Numbered from the stretch's first letter, positions 37,096 to 47,542 are shown. The stretch: DNA of 64,000 bases from Candidatus Magasanikbacteria bacterium RIFCSPHIGHO2_02_FULL_48_18 (GCA_001784285.1 MFQC01000011.1:67640-131639), one strand, 5' to 3'. Program-made: numbers and translations. The notes: generated from the sequence alone by a model not told the origin.

Positions 37096-39207
37096 TTACA
37101 AATCATTAATCTCTTTCAAAAACCCTTTTCGTGGTTTTGTATCATCACACGGTTCGTAGACAATGTCGTCCACAGCATCGCTCGGATCGGAAAAAACCAG
37201 TCCGTTCGGAACATCGACAAGGCCTTGATGATCTACCAAATCAACATCAATTTCATCCAAAAACACGCTTGGGCCTTGTAAAAAAGATGACCGGCTTCCG
37301 GAAAGCGGATAGGTAAAATACAATAATTTTTTTGCGCGCGTAATGGCAACATAAAACAAACGACGCTCTTCTTCAATTCCTTTTTCTTCACGCGCCGCGC
37401 GTTCATTCGGAAATTGTCCGTTTGACACATTAAGGATAAACACGGTTTCCCATTCCAAGCCTTTTGCTTGATGCACAGTAGACAAAATCAATTTTTCTTC
37501 TTCATGCGCCGTGTGCGCGCCGGCGACCCCGCGATAACTTTCTTGCAGGCTTGCTTCTGCCAAAAATTGATTCAGATTTGTTTCACGTTCGGCAAACACA
37601 GCCAATTGCTCAATATCTTGCAATCGTTCGCGCGCGTCATCATATTCATATTCAAGATATTCCGCATATTTTGATTGCATAAGCGCGTGGATAAGCCCGG
37701 CCGGCGTCCCGTCTGCCGCGCATAGAGCGCCCCAGATACCCAAAAAGTCGATCCAGCCAACCTGCCCGCGCGCGGATAACACCGACCCCAAATGACGGTA
37801 CGCATCCCTCGGACGGGATAGTTCCGGAACGGACCCTCCATTCGGAAAAACGTCCACTTCGGTTTCAAGGCCGGCTGTCGTGTTTTTGCGTGCCGCATGC
37901 ACACGACGAATTTCGGCAATAAGCGTCTCAGCGCTTGCCGGTCCAATACCTACCTGCATCCGGAGCACCCGGCTCCATGCGATTGCGTCATCCGGATTAT
38001 GAACAATTCGCAGATATGCGAGCACGTCTTTCATGTGCGCACGCTCAAAAAAACGAACCCCGCCGCGATACTCATACGGGATATCGCGTTTGGTGAGTTC
38101 CATTTCCAGCGCCTGCGAATGATGCGCCGCGCGAAAAAGAACCGCGATTTCGTTCAACGGCACGCCCTCGTCTCTCAACTCAAGAATGGTCTCGGCAATA
38201 TATTCCCCTTCTTCCAGCTCATCGGCAAAGGCATGAATTTCCGGCTTTACGGACCGACCCAAAGGGCTGTGCAGGATTTTTTGATATTGCGCTCGATTAT
38301 TTTGTATGACGCTGTTGGCCACATCCAAAATGTCTGGCGTTGAGCGATAATTGGTCTCGAGGCGAAAAATTTTTGCGTTTGGGTATGTTTGTTCAAATCG
38401 TAAAATATGTTCGATATTTGCCGCCCGAAACGAATAAATGCTTTGCGCGTCGTCGCCGACGACAAACACATTCTTGTGTTTTGACGAGAGCAATCGGATA
38501 AGCGACGCTTGAATGGTATTGGTATCCTGATATTCATCAACCAAGATATATGCAAATTGATTCGAGAGCGTATCTCGAACCCGATCCGACTTCAAGAGAA
38601 GCACATGAAAAAAAACCAAAAGGTCATCAAAATCCATGGCATTCGCATCGCGTTTTCGTTTGGCATACTCTTCCGCGATGCGCTCAATGATTTCCGCGAG
38701 GTCAATCCAGGACGGATATTTTGCATCAAGGACATCGGCAATGGGCAACTCGGCGTTTCGCGCGTAACTCACGATGGACTGAATCACTGCCGCCGATGGA
38801 AAACGGCGCTGTTTTCGATCAACTCCTTCTTGTTTGAGGCACAGAGCAAATAAATCTCTGCTATCCTCGCTGTCAAGAATGCTGATAGTGTTGGCAAAGC
38901 CAAGAAGCGGCGCGTACCGACGAAGCATACGATACGCAATATGATGAAATGTGCCGGACCACGGAAGATGAACCTCTGAAGAAACCAATGTCTGCAATCG
39001 TTGGCCCATTTCTTTTGCCGCTTTGTTGGTAAATGTCACCAAAAGAATATGGTTCGGATCGATACCCTTTTCCAAAAGATACGCCACGCGATGGATAATG
39101 GTTCGAGTTTTGCCGCTTCCCGCACCCGCCAAAATAAGACACGGGCCGTCGCCATGAAGGACCGCGTCTTGTTGCTGAGTATTGAGAGAAGATACATTAT
39201 GAGACAT
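37096..39207 (-). CDS. uvrD: ATP-dependent DNA helicase, UvrD/PcrA/Rep family
   Basis: ILAGAGSGKTRTI Walker A, LLVTFTNKAAKEM, VDEYQDTN, 703 aa. Confidence 0.9.
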   Translation of the reverse strand: MSHNVSSLNTQQQDAVLHGDGPCLILAGAGSGKTRTIIHRVAYLLEKGIDPNHILLVTFTNKAAKEMGQRLQTLVSSEVHLPWSGTFHHIAYRMLRRYAPLLGFANTISILDSEDSRDLFALCLKQEGVDRKQRRFPSAAVIQSIVSYARNAELPIADVLDAKYPSWIDLAEIIERIAEEYAKRKRDANAMDFDDLLVFFHVLLLKSDRVRDTLSNQFAYILVDEYQDTNTIQASLIRLLSSKHKNVFVVGDDAQSIYSFRAANIEHILRFEQTYPNAKIFRLETNYRSTPDILDVANSVIQNNRAQYQKILHSPLGRSVKPEIHAFADELEEGEYIAETILELRDEGVPLNEIAVLFRAAHHSQALEMELTKRDIPYEYRGGVRFFERAHMKDVLAYLRIVHNPDDAIAWSRVLRMQVGIGPASAETLIAEIRRVHAARKNTTAGLETEVDVFPNGGSVPELSRPRDAYRHLGSVLSARGQVGWIDFLGIWGALCAADGTPAGLIHALMQSKYAEYLEYEYDDARERLQDIEQLAVFAERETNLNQFLAEASLQESYRGVAGAHTAHEEEKLILSTVHQAKGLEWETVFILNVSNGQFPNERAAREEKGIEEERRLFYVAITRAKKLLYFTYPLSGSRSSFLQGPSVFLDEIDVDLVDHQGLVDVPNGLVFSDPSDAVDDIVYEPCDDTKPRKGFLKEINDL

Positions 39208-39292
39208 AATTCCCGTATTCTACCACACCAACAAATCCAAACAAAAACACAACCGCGTCGGTTGTGTCATTATGTATAAAAACGAAGGGAAC

Positions 39293-39425
39293 GCGCGGGT
39301 TTGCGTTACCGACTGGAGCATTTGAACAGCGCAAGCGCTGTCCAACACGGCGTCAGGGAGACCCCTGTCCGATCTCCCGAGGAGGGACACCGGGGCTTCC
39401 ACAGCCAAATGCCGCAAACCCGCGC
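39293..39425. repeat. 13-bp perfect inverted repeat (GCGCGGGTTTGCG / CGCAAACCCGCGC) closing a 107-nt hairpin-rich segment; candidate structured RNA or MITE-like element
   Basis: arms at 39293..39305 and 39413..39425; interior carries hairpins CAGCG-CAAG-CGCTG, CAGGG-AGAC-CCCTG and TCCC-GAGGAG-GGGA; intergenic between the C39-like gene and uvrD. Confidence 0.35.
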
Positions 39426-39490
39426 ACCAAAACCCTATCAGGAAAAATCCGCATTGTCAAGCGGAAAATAGGCATTTGTGCCGACCCTGT

Positions 39491-40318
39491 TTATTCAACC
39501 ACCAAGACCACCGGCTTTCCATGGATAACGTCTCCATTGTTCCAATCGTGAATAGCGCGAAGAAGGATCTCGTGCGGGTACATATAATTTTCACCGAATT
39601 GCGTTCCGGGATCGTTGGTGATAAACGCTTCTTCGGTGTACCCGCGAATGATAAGTGTGTGATACTCCGGACCGCCATTTTTAAAATGAGGATTATGCAG
39701 ATCTTTTCCTCGAGCCACCACAAGAATCGGCTGGCCGTTGGCAATAAATTGTTTGAGACTGCTAATGGTTGGATACGCCACCAGGCGGAGCGTTAATCCG
39801 GAATCCGGCGTGAAACCATAAATCTCTTCCATCATCTGCCGCATTTTTTCAATTTCAATACTCACCCCCCATCCCCGTTCATCTTGCCACTGTACGGCGT
39901 CAAGAATTTTTTCTTTGGCGAGCGGAATCGAAACATCATATTCTTTATAATACGCATCCATCATAATCATGACCGCCTCTTCGCACGCGTCTTGCCATGG
40001 CTGTGTCCAAATTTTTTCCGGCGCTTGGGGGACAAAAGGGACGTCCAAATTGATTTTGGCAGGAAGGGCCGTATCTATTTTTTGCGGCTCCGGAGATGGC
40101 AGGGGTAATTCTAGCGCGTCATTGAATGAAACCGGGGCAAAATCATCCTTCTCAAATAATGGGACGTCTTCTATCACTTTTGCCCTTTTTTGCTCTGTTA
40201 GGCTGTTTCCAATTTTTTTCCAAACAAATCCGCCTGCCACAAAAAACACAACCAGAAAAAAACCAAGTCCAACCGCGTAATATGTTGTTTCTCTCGTTTT
40301 TTTCATAGAATGAGCCAT
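39491..40318 (-). CDS. membrane-anchored C39-like peptidase-domain protein (Peptidase_C39_2-like)
   Basis: N-terminal TM helix; Q..ACEEAVMIMMDAYY (Cys region) and HTLIIRGY (His region) resemble papain-like C39_2 domains common in CPR. Confidence 0.5.
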   Translation of the reverse strand: MAHSMKKTRETTYYAVGLGFFLVVFFVAGGFVWKKIGNSLTEQKRAKVIEDVPLFEKDDFAPVSFNDALELPLPSPEPQKIDTALPAKINLDVPFVPQAPEKIWTQPWQDACEEAVMIMMDAYYKEYDVSIPLAKEKILDAVQWQDERGWGVSIEIEKMRQMMEEIYGFTPDSGLTLRLVAYPTISSLKQFIANGQPILVVARGKDLHNPHFKNGGPEYHTLIIRGYTEEAFITNDPGTQFGENYMYPHEILLRAIHDWNNGDVIHGKPVVLVVE

Positions 40319-40426
40319 AAAACATGAAAAAAGCTCTTTTTAAAGTATAGCAAATGAACATGCCAAAAGTGAATATGTCAGTCGTATTGATCCACACGTC
40401 AACGTATGATACGATGCGCTCTACCT

Positions 40427-41632
40427 ATGTCTTTTTTTACGATCACACACAAAGAAAAACATTCCCGCGCGAGAACAGGAATAATAAAAACCGATCACGG
40501 CGCCATTGAAACACCGTGCTTTATGCCGGTTGGAACCCAAGGAACAGTAAAGGCGCTCGACGTAAACGATCTCCATACGCTTGACGCGCAAATTATTTTA
40601 GGCAACACCTACCATCTCCATCTTCGGCCGGGAGAAGATTTGGTCGCGGAATTTGGCGGGCTTCACTCCTTCATGGGTTGGGATGGGCCGATACTCACCG
40701 ACAGCGGCGGATTTCAAGTCTTTAGTTTGGGACACAAAAAAAATGCGGGTGAGGATACTCCCAAAAATAATCAGTCAAAATTGGTGAGGATTGACGAAGA
40801 TGGCGTAACCTTCAAATCATATATTGACGGATCCACGCATCGCTTTACGCCAGAATCCGCAATTGACATCCAGCATAAACTGGGAGCGGATATTATTATG
40901 GCCTTTGACGAATGCACGCCGGACGATGTTGATATGGAGTATGCAAAGCAGGCAATGGAGCGGACGCACCGATGGGCCAAGCGGTGTATTGCCGAACAAA
41001 GGAAGCAGATGACACAGAGCAAACCCGCGCTGTTTGGCATTATGCAAGGCGCAAAATACAAAAATCTTCGCATTGAATCCGCAAAAGTCATTTCCGCAAT
41101 GGATTTTGATGGCATCGCAATCGGCGGCGAATCCATTGGCTACAATATGGACGCGACAAAAGAAATTTTGTCCTGGGTTATACCAATTATCCCGGAAGAA
41201 AAACCGCACTATACCATGGGCGTCGGCTTTTCGCCGCTTGATCTTTTTGATGTGGTCGAACAAGGTATTGACATGTTTGACTGTGTCGCGCCAACCAGAA
41301 TTGCGCGCAATGGAAGCCTCTATGTATCCCCTGCAATCGCAAAGCAAGAGCATCAAAATTTTGGCACAAAAGACCGGAAACAAAAATACCGAATCAATAT
41401 CTTGAACGCGCGCTATGCAAAAGACGCGTCGCCGATTGACTCATCCTGCGCGTGCTTTACGTGCCTGACGCATTCTCGCGCCTACATTCATCATCTTTTC
41501 CGCGCCGAAGAACTGTTGGCATACCGTCTCACCACCATTCATAATGTTCATTTCTTTTTACAACTCATGAGAGACATGCAGGACGCGATATGCCAAGATC
41601 GATTTTTGGCGTTTAAAAAAGAGTGGCAATAA
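40427..41632 (+). CDS. tgt: queuine tRNA-ribosyltransferase
   Basis: PCFMPVGTQGTVK, LGNTYHL, LTDSGGFQV and C-terminal CxCxxC zinc site (CACFTCLTHSRAYIHHL). Confidence 0.9.
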   Translation: MSFFTITHKEKHSRARTGIIKTDHGAIETPCFMPVGTQGTVKALDVNDLHTLDAQIILGNTYHLHLRPGEDLVAEFGGLHSFMGWDGPILTDSGGFQVFSLGHKKNAGEDTPKNNQSKLVRIDEDGVTFKSYIDGSTHRFTPESAIDIQHKLGADIIMAFDECTPDDVDMEYAKQAMERTHRWAKRCIAEQRKQMTQSKPALFGIMQGAKYKNLRIESAKVISAMDFDGIAIGGESIGYNMDATKEILSWVIPIIPEEKPHYTMGVGFSPLDLFDVVEQGIDMFDCVAPTRIARNGSLYVSPAIAKQEHQNFGTKDRKQKYRINILNARYAKDASPIDSSCACFTCLTHSRAYIHHLFRAEELLAYRLTTIHNVHFFLQLMRDMQDAICQDRFLAFKKEWQ

Positions 41633-41649
41633 AACACCCTTTGCCGACG

Positions 41650-42723
41650 CTATTGAATTATCATCGCATCACCAAAACTAAAAAATCGATACTTCTCCTC
41701 CACTGCTTGTGCGTAGCACGAAAGCATAAATTCCGTGTCCCCGGCAAACGCGGCAACCAGCATAAGGAGCGTTGATTTTGGTAAATGAAAATTGGTAATA
41801 AGCGCGTCAACAAGATGAAATTGAAATCCGGGCGTAATAAACAGATTGATGTCTCCGGAATACGAAAATAATTCCCCATCCGGTTCGGCAGACAGCGCCG
41901 CAACGCCCTCAAGCGTCCGAGCGGTGGTGGTGCCAACCGCGACAATACGCCGTCCCTCCCGCTTTGCTTGATTGATGAGCTCAACCGCTTCATCCGGCAC
42001 CTCCACCCATTCGCTGTGCATGGTGTGGTCTTCAACGCGCTCGGTTTTGACCGGAAGAAATGTTCCAAGACCCACATGCAGGCAGACTTCGGCAAATTGC
42101 ACGCCTTTTTTTTGGATTTTTTCAATAAGTTCTTTGGTAAAATGAAATCCCGCGGTCGGCGCGGCCACCGACCCTTCTCGCTTGGCACTCGCGTACACGG
42201 TTTGGTAACTTTCAAGCTCATGCCGCTCATCTTTAATGTAGGGAGGCAGGGGCACCCTTCCATACCGATTGGCTCTGCTCCGAACCGTGGCTTCATTATA
42301 AGGAAACTGTATCAGAAGGGTGCCATCGGATTCTTTCAAAATTGCTTCGCAAAAAAAATCCGGACCAAATGAAATTCGAGCGCCCGGACGAACATGCTTT
42401 GCCGGTTTCGCGAGGGCTTTCCAGACACCAGGATTTTCCATTGAGCGGACCAAAAAAACTTCAATGTCTTTGGCGTGTTCAAACAAATTGCGTCCGGTTC
42501 CGGAAATAAGCCGGCCAAACAGCCGCGCTTTGAATACTTTGGAATTATTCCAAACCAAAACATCTCCGCTGTGCAGATGTTCCAAAAGCGCATCAAAACG
42601 CTCATGCGCGATTGTTTTTGTCACACGATTGATTACCATCAGCCGCGCATGGTCGCGCGGCTCGATCGGCCGCTGAGCGATGAGCGCTGTCGGAAGCGCG
42701 TAATCAAAATCAGAGGTTTGCAT
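41650..42723 (-). CDS. queA: S-adenosylmethionine:tRNA ribosyltransferase-isomerase
   Basis: MQTSDFDYALP..LIAQRPIEPRDHARLMV; 357 aa collinear with QueA. Confidence 0.9.
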   Translation of the reverse strand: MQTSDFDYALPTALIAQRPIEPRDHARLMVINRVTKTIAHERFDALLEHLHSGDVLVWNNSKVFKARLFGRLISGTGRNLFEHAKDIEVFLVRSMENPGVWKALAKPAKHVRPGARISFGPDFFCEAILKESDGTLLIQFPYNEATVRSRANRYGRVPLPPYIKDERHELESYQTVYASAKREGSVAAPTAGFHFTKELIEKIQKKGVQFAEVCLHVGLGTFLPVKTERVEDHTMHSEWVEVPDEAVELINQAKREGRRIVAVGTTTARTLEGVAALSAEPDGELFSYSGDINLFITPGFQFHLVDALITNFHLPKSTLLMLVAAFAGDTEFMLSCYAQAVEEKYRFFSFGDAMIIQ

Positions 42724-42862
42724 ACTATTCGATAGTTGGATGTTACTTTATTCTACCATATTGAAGACAAAACGATTCAATCATGAAAAAAACAATGCAC
42801 GCCGGCGGCATGGATCATTCCTTCCAGGATTGGTTCGTGCGCCACCTACCATATTCTATATA

Positions 42863-42907
42863 AACCGCTTGAGACGGTTTTTTTATGAGACGCATTACTA
42901 TGCGTCT
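42863..42907 (-). terminator. bidirectional terminator-like hairpins downstream of the malic enzyme gene
   Basis: AACCG-CTTGAGA-CGGTT flanked by A7 and T7, and AGACGCAT-TACT-ATGCGTCT. Confidence 0.35.
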
Positions 42908-42918
42908 TTACTTAATCT

Positions 42919-44055
42919 CTATATACCACACTGTTTCACTGCTTCGGCAACCGCTGTCGCAACCGTCCGATCCAACGGATCCGGCAATATATGATCTTTA
43001 TCCGGATGTGGAACATGATGGGCCAATGCTTCGGCGGCCGCACGTTTCATTTCCTCTGTGACGCGCCGAATGCGCGCGTCCAATAACCCACGAAATATAC
43101 CGGGAAACGCCAGCACGTTATTGACCTGGTTTGGAAAATCACTGCGTCCGGTTGCCACAATGGCGGCACCCGCGCGATCGGCGACGTCGGGCATAATTTC
43201 CGGTGTTGGGTTGGCCATGGCAAAAATAATAGGGTCCGGATTCATGGATCGAACCATTTGTTCGTCCACGAGTCCCGGTTTACTCACGCCGATAAAAACA
43301 TCCGCGCCCTTCATCGCTTCGACAAGACCGCCCTTTCGTTGTTCCTGATTTGTTTTGTCTGCCAATTCATCTTTAAATGGATTCATGCCATTTGTTCTTC
43401 CTTTATATATCATTCCCTGGGAGTCAACGAGAATAACATTTGTTACTCCGGCGCCCAAAAGAAGATTGGTCACCGCGACACCAGCCGCGCCAACGCCATT
43501 CACCACAAGAGAAATTTCATCCATCTTTTTTCCCACAACCTTGAGCGCGTTCATAAGACCGGCAAGGGTTACAATAGCCGTGCCGTGCTGATCGTCGTGA
43601 AACACGGGAATATCGAGGCGTTCAATAAGCCGCTCTTCAATCTCAAAACATCGCGGCGCGGAAATATCTTCCAAATTAATGCCGCCAAACATGGGAGAGA
43701 TAAGTTCCACGGTGCGAACAATCTCGTCCACGTCTTTGGACTTGATGGCGATTGGAAACGCGTCAACGCCGGCGAATGATTTAAACAAAATGCACTTGCC
43801 TTCCATAACCGGCAGGCTTGCCTCAGGCCCAATATCGCCAAGACCCAAGACCGCCGTGCCATCGGTCACGAGCGCGACCATGTTCCATTTGCGCGTATAG
43901 TCGTACACTTTTGCAATATCTTTTTCAATTGCCTTGCACGGCTCGGCAACGCCGGGCGTGTAGGCAATGGATAAATCTTCACGGGAATCAAGCGGCACGC
44001 GAGAAATAATTTCCAATTTTCCTTTCGCGTCTTTATGATATTGGAGTGGATCCAT
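42919..44055 (-). CDS. NAD(P)-dependent malic enzyme (short, MaeB-like catalytic domain)
   Basis: LSIAYTPGVA, ALVTDGTAVLGLGDIG, VNGVGAAGVA Rossmann motif. Confidence 0.85.
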   Translation of the reverse strand: MDPLQYHKDAKGKLEIISRVPLDSREDLSIAYTPGVAEPCKAIEKDIAKVYDYTRKWNMVALVTDGTAVLGLGDIGPEASLPVMEGKCILFKSFAGVDAFPIAIKSKDVDEIVRTVELISPMFGGINLEDISAPRCFEIEERLIERLDIPVFHDDQHGTAIVTLAGLMNALKVVGKKMDEISLVVNGVGAAGVAVTNLLLGAGVTNVILVDSQGMIYKGRTNGMNPFKDELADKTNQEQRKGGLVEAMKGADVFIGVSKPGLVDEQMVRSMNPDPIIFAMANPTPEIMPDVADRAGAAIVATGRSDFPNQVNNVLAFPGIFRGLLDARIRRVTEEMKRAAAEALAHHVPHPDKDHILPDPLDRTVATAVAEAVKQCGI

Positions 44056-44065
44056 AGAAAATCTG

Positions 44066-45145
44066 TTACAAATACTTCGCCCTATTTTTATTGTGCTCCT
44101 CAAGCGTTTCCGCATATTTGACTTCGCCGTCAAGAGTAGTCAAAAAATACCAATAATCATTTTTTGCAGGATAGATGGCCGCCATAATGGATTCCAAACT
44201 TGGTGTGGCAATAGGCCCTGGCGGAAGCCCCGGATATTGATAAGTATTCCATGGATTTAAGGAGTCTCTGTCTTCTTTGGTGGTAAACACATCTCCTTTT
44301 TTCCCGACGGCGTAATGCACGGTGGAATCGGCCTGAAGCGCCATACCAACCATGTATCGCCGCCAAAAAATATCGGCGACCAACGCACGATCCTTTGTGG
44401 AGCGCACTTCACGCTCCACAATGCTCGCCATGGTGAGCATGTCGTGCGGCGTCGCGCGCAATGTTTTTTCCTGATTCGCGTCCGGATATACCCGCGTAAA
44501 AAAATTTTCCATATCCGCGTACATCGTATCCGTGAATTGTTCCACTCGCGCGTCAAACAATTTTTTTAATACATTTTCAATGGAATCATCCTGAAAAACG
44601 CGATACGTATCCGGACGAAAATATCCCTCAAAGCTCACGTTGCGCGGCTTCTCTTTTGTGAGCGGGCCCTCCAATACAAGTATGGGCGTCGTATACCCCA
44701 AAAGATCAAGACGATTATTTGCCGGAGGGCCAGCCACGCGAAAAAATTGTTCTTCGGTTTCCACAAATCCTTGCGCAACAAAATAGGTTGCCATATCCCG
44801 AAAATCCCACCCCGGTATGATAGTCACGACCTTCTCATTAACCCCCGGCTCTAAGAGCGCTTTCACAACCCGCGCCATCGTAATGGGTGTTTCAACGACA
44901 AATGATCCATACTGAATCGTCTTATCCATTCCTTTCCACAACACATAGCGGCGAAAAAGCCATGCATTCCGAATAACGCCCTCCTCTTCAAGACGCCGCG
45001 CCAACGAGGCCGAGCTCTCTCCCTGTTTCACGTCAAACGCAAGACGTTCAACCGGCAACGCTTCGGCAAAATATATTTCCGAAAATACAAACCAGGCGCC
45101 AAAGACCACACACAGAAACGCAATACCCAAAATACTTTTTTTCAT
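44066..45145 (-). CDS. mltG: endolytic murein transglycosylase MltG (YceG-like)
   Basis: N-terminal TM, YceG-like domain with the C-terminal GLPPGPIATPS block. Confidence 0.85.
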   Translation of the reverse strand: MKKSILGIAFLCVVFGAWFVFSEIYFAEALPVERLAFDVKQGESSASLARRLEEEGVIRNAWLFRRYVLWKGMDKTIQYGSFVVETPITMARVVKALLEPGVNEKVVTIIPGWDFRDMATYFVAQGFVETEEQFFRVAGPPANNRLDLLGYTTPILVLEGPLTKEKPRNVSFEGYFRPDTYRVFQDDSIENVLKKLFDARVEQFTDTMYADMENFFTRVYPDANQEKTLRATPHDMLTMASIVEREVRSTKDRALVADIFWRRYMVGMALQADSTVHYAVGKKGDVFTTKEDRDSLNPWNTYQYPGLPPGPIATPSLESIMAAIYPAKNDYWYFLTTLDGEVKYAETLEEHNKNRAKYL

Positions 45146-45151
45146 ACATAC

Positions 45152-45844
45152 TCAAACAAATAAATTCCAGTGTTCTCTCGCCCAAGATAAGCGGTCCGGA
45201 ACGCCCACATCAATCCATATCCCGTCCCACGGGTATACATCGAGATCGGTTAACGCGGGAAACACATCATATTCCACACTAAACGCTTCTTCACGGGGAA
45301 AAAATGATTGTACCTGTTTGGTAAAAAGGTATACTCCGCCATTGACATAGCCGTGGGTGGCGTTTCCTTTTTTTTCTTGAAACGCGCGCAGGCGGCGCTC
45401 ATCGTCATAGTCAAGCGTGCCATAGTGCGACGCGTCGTCCACACGCGCTCCCATAATTATCCCCTGGCTATTGAGGCGAAGCGAACGAATCATCTGAGAA
45501 AAATCACACGAAGAAAGCACGTCGCCATTCAAGACAAATACAGGATCATCAACATGCTCAAGATAACGAAACGCGTGTTTGATAGCCCCGCCGGTTCCTA
45601 ATTTTTTGTCCTCAATCGCATACTGTATCGACAGACCCTGTCGTGTGTCGCCAACCGCATCGCGCAATACATGCGCCAAATGACCAGCGGCCAACACCAC
45701 ATCGGTAACGCCAGCTTTGCCCAATTGATTGATCTGCCAATCCAACACGGTCTTTGGGCCAATTTCAAGCAATACTTTTGGAATGTCTTTCGTCATATCT
45801 CCCAATCGCGTCGAAAGGCCGCCGCAAATAATAATCGCGTTCAT
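45152..45844 (-). CDS. sugar-phosphate nucleotidyltransferase (NDP-sugar pyrophosphorylase)
   Basis: MNAIIICGGLSTRLG...KVLL signature of the NTP-transferase family. Confidence 0.75.
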   Translation of the reverse strand: MNAIIICGGLSTRLGDMTKDIPKVLLEIGPKTVLDWQINQLGKAGVTDVVLAAGHLAHVLRDAVGDTRQGLSIQYAIEDKKLGTGGAIKHAFRYLEHVDDPVFVLNGDVLSSCDFSQMIRSLRLNSQGIIMGARVDDASHYGTLDYDDERRLRAFQEKKGNATHGYVNGGVYLFTKQVQSFFPREEAFSVEYDVFPALTDLDVYPWDGIWIDVGVPDRLSWAREHWNLFV

Positions 45845-46395
45845 ACAAGCCGAAAAAAAGAAAACAAAAACGGGGCGAACCAAAAATAGGAGAGAAAGAA
45901 AAAAAATAATCCACTCAGGATACCACCTAAAAAATCCCGTGGATAATGAAGCCCGACATACACGCGAGCCGCCGCAACGCACAATGCCCATAGTCCTGCG
46001 AGACCCATTCCGTACACGACGTCCGAAAAAAAGAATACACTGACCGCCAAAACGGTCGCAATCATGGCGTGATCGGATGGAAACGATTTAAATTCTTGCA
46101 CCGTGGAACACAAGGTTTTGACGTTCGACAATTCCGCATGAGGACGTTTGTGCCTCCATATCACGGCCACCACCCAATGAATACACAGGGCACTTCCTGC
46201 GGCAACAAGAGGAACGGCAAGCATAAACCAAGAAAGCGAGGACGCATGAAAAAAGACAATGTCAAAGACGGCAATGCCAAAAAGCGCAACAATGCCCCAT
46301 GTGGCAAAAAAAACCATTATCCGGTCCAGCCACGCCCGTCGGCCGAGCGTGCCATTGATTTTTAAAAAAAGTTTTTGACTCCAAGAAAGCGTCAT
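45841..46395 (-). CDS. PAP2-family phosphatase (undecaprenyl-diphosphate phosphatase-like)
   Basis: KRPH, PSDHA, ARVYVGLHYPRD tripartite PAP2 motif; 5-6 TM helices. Confidence 0.75.
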   Translation of the reverse strand: MTLSWSQKLFLKINGTLGRRAWLDRIMVFFATWGIVALFGIAVFDIVFFHASSLSWFMLAVPLVAAGSALCIHWVVAVIWRHKRPHAELSNVKTLCSTVQEFKSFPSDHAMIATVLAVSVFFFSDVVYGMGLAGLWALCVAAARVYVGLHYPRDFLGGILSGLFFFFLSYFWFAPFLFSFFRLV

Positions 46396-46404
46396 AGAAG
46401 AAAA

Positions 46405-47421
46405 TTACATACGAGAGAACGCGCGCGCTTTTTTTGCCAATGCGTATATGCGGTATCGGCGCGGTGAAAAAACCACCTCAAAGGCCGGCGGGTACGACAC
46501 GGCTTCGCCGCCAAATCCGGCCTTGAATCGGGTAATGCCCGTCCATGGATGATTGGCTTGCCACGACACATGATGAAAGGCGGTTTCTGGCGCCGGGTGC
46601 GTTGTATCGCTTGGCGGCGCAATACCCCAAAAATCATAGCATGCATACCCTTCCTGTTTTGCATATTGCATGCCGCGCCACTGCAAAAGATATGGCGCCA
46701 TCCTCTGCCGCTCTGCGTTTGAGGAACACCCATGGAGATACGTAAAACGATTTTGATACCCGACACAGAGCATGGACGCAAGCGGCGTTTCCTCAAAAAA
46801 CGCGACAAATTGATGACACATGTCCATGGCAATCATTGCCTCATAATATGATTTCTCATGACTGCGAAAACGATCTCTTTTGGTGGTTTCTGTGTTGAGA
46901 CGCCAAAAAATATCGGGATTTTTCATTTTTTGAACGACCACCCCTTTTCGTTCCGCGAGCTGAATATTATAGCGTGTTTTCGCATGCATGGAAGAAAGAA
47001 TCGCATCATTATCCGATGTAAGCGACAAGAGAAGCGTATGCCGCGGCTGACGGTTTGAAATGGAAACAACAGAAAAACCCTGCCGGCGCAAAAAATTTTC
47101 AGCCTCTCCATGCGCGGGCTCAATGCGCGCAAACGCATATCCTTTTTGTTGCATCTCACGCATAAGCAACACCCACGATGGGCCATCCAAAGCGCCAATC
47201 CGCGGCAAAGAAACAAAGCGAATGGTCGGCACTATGCGCTCTCCAAATCCTTGCACCCGCTCTCTCGCATGCGGCCCCGCCTCCATGAGAAAACGAAAGA
47301 CTGTTTTTCCGGTCTTTCGTTGAAATTCTCCCCATTCCCAGGATTGAAGAAACTCGCCATCCGTTGTATCGCCTTTTCTGGGTTCCCAAGCGGTTTGGTT
47401 GTCGCATAACGCAAGAGTCAT
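46405..47421 (-). CDS. FemAB-family peptidoglycan bridge aminoacyl-transferase
   Basis: 338 aa, GNAT-like duplicated fold signature of the FemABX family (YNIQLAERKG... / MAPYLLQWRGMQYAKQEGYACYDFWG). Confidence 0.7.
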   Translation of the reverse strand: MTLALCDNQTAWEPRKGDTTDGEFLQSWEWGEFQRKTGKTVFRFLMEAGPHARERVQGFGERIVPTIRFVSLPRIGALDGPSWVLLMREMQQKGYAFARIEPAHGEAENFLRRQGFSVVSISNRQPRHTLLLSLTSDNDAILSSMHAKTRYNIQLAERKGVVVQKMKNPDIFWRLNTETTKRDRFRSHEKSYYEAMIAMDMCHQFVAFFEETPLASMLCVGYQNRFTYLHGCSSNAERQRMAPYLLQWRGMQYAKQEGYACYDFWGIAPPSDTTHPAPETAFHHVSWQANHPWTGITRFKAGFGGEAVSYPPAFEVVFSPRRYRIYALAKKARAFSRM

Positions 47422-47471
47422 GGGAGTATCATACCGAAATTTTCCCTTGACTGCAACGAAGTGTCATGCCC

Positions 47472-47500
47472 TTGATTTCTTTCATTCTCTCGTATATACT
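47472..47500 (+). promoter_or_regulatory. candidate sigma70-type promoter for rpmF-nusB-rnc
   Basis: TTGATT (47472..47477), 17-nt spacer, TATACT (47495..47500); 42 nt upstream of the rpmF ATG. Confidence 0.45.
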
Positions 47501-47542
47501 GCCCACACGTGCGCATAATTCACCTTTTTCTTATATCATTGT

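Noticed and set aside
39293-39425. assignment of the inverted-repeat-bounded element as SRP (4.5S) RNA
   Set aside because: The conserved domain IV features (GGAA tetraloop, GGAAGCAGC 3' strand, AGGUCAGG 5' strand) are not present in either strand; only a partial GGAAGC occurs.
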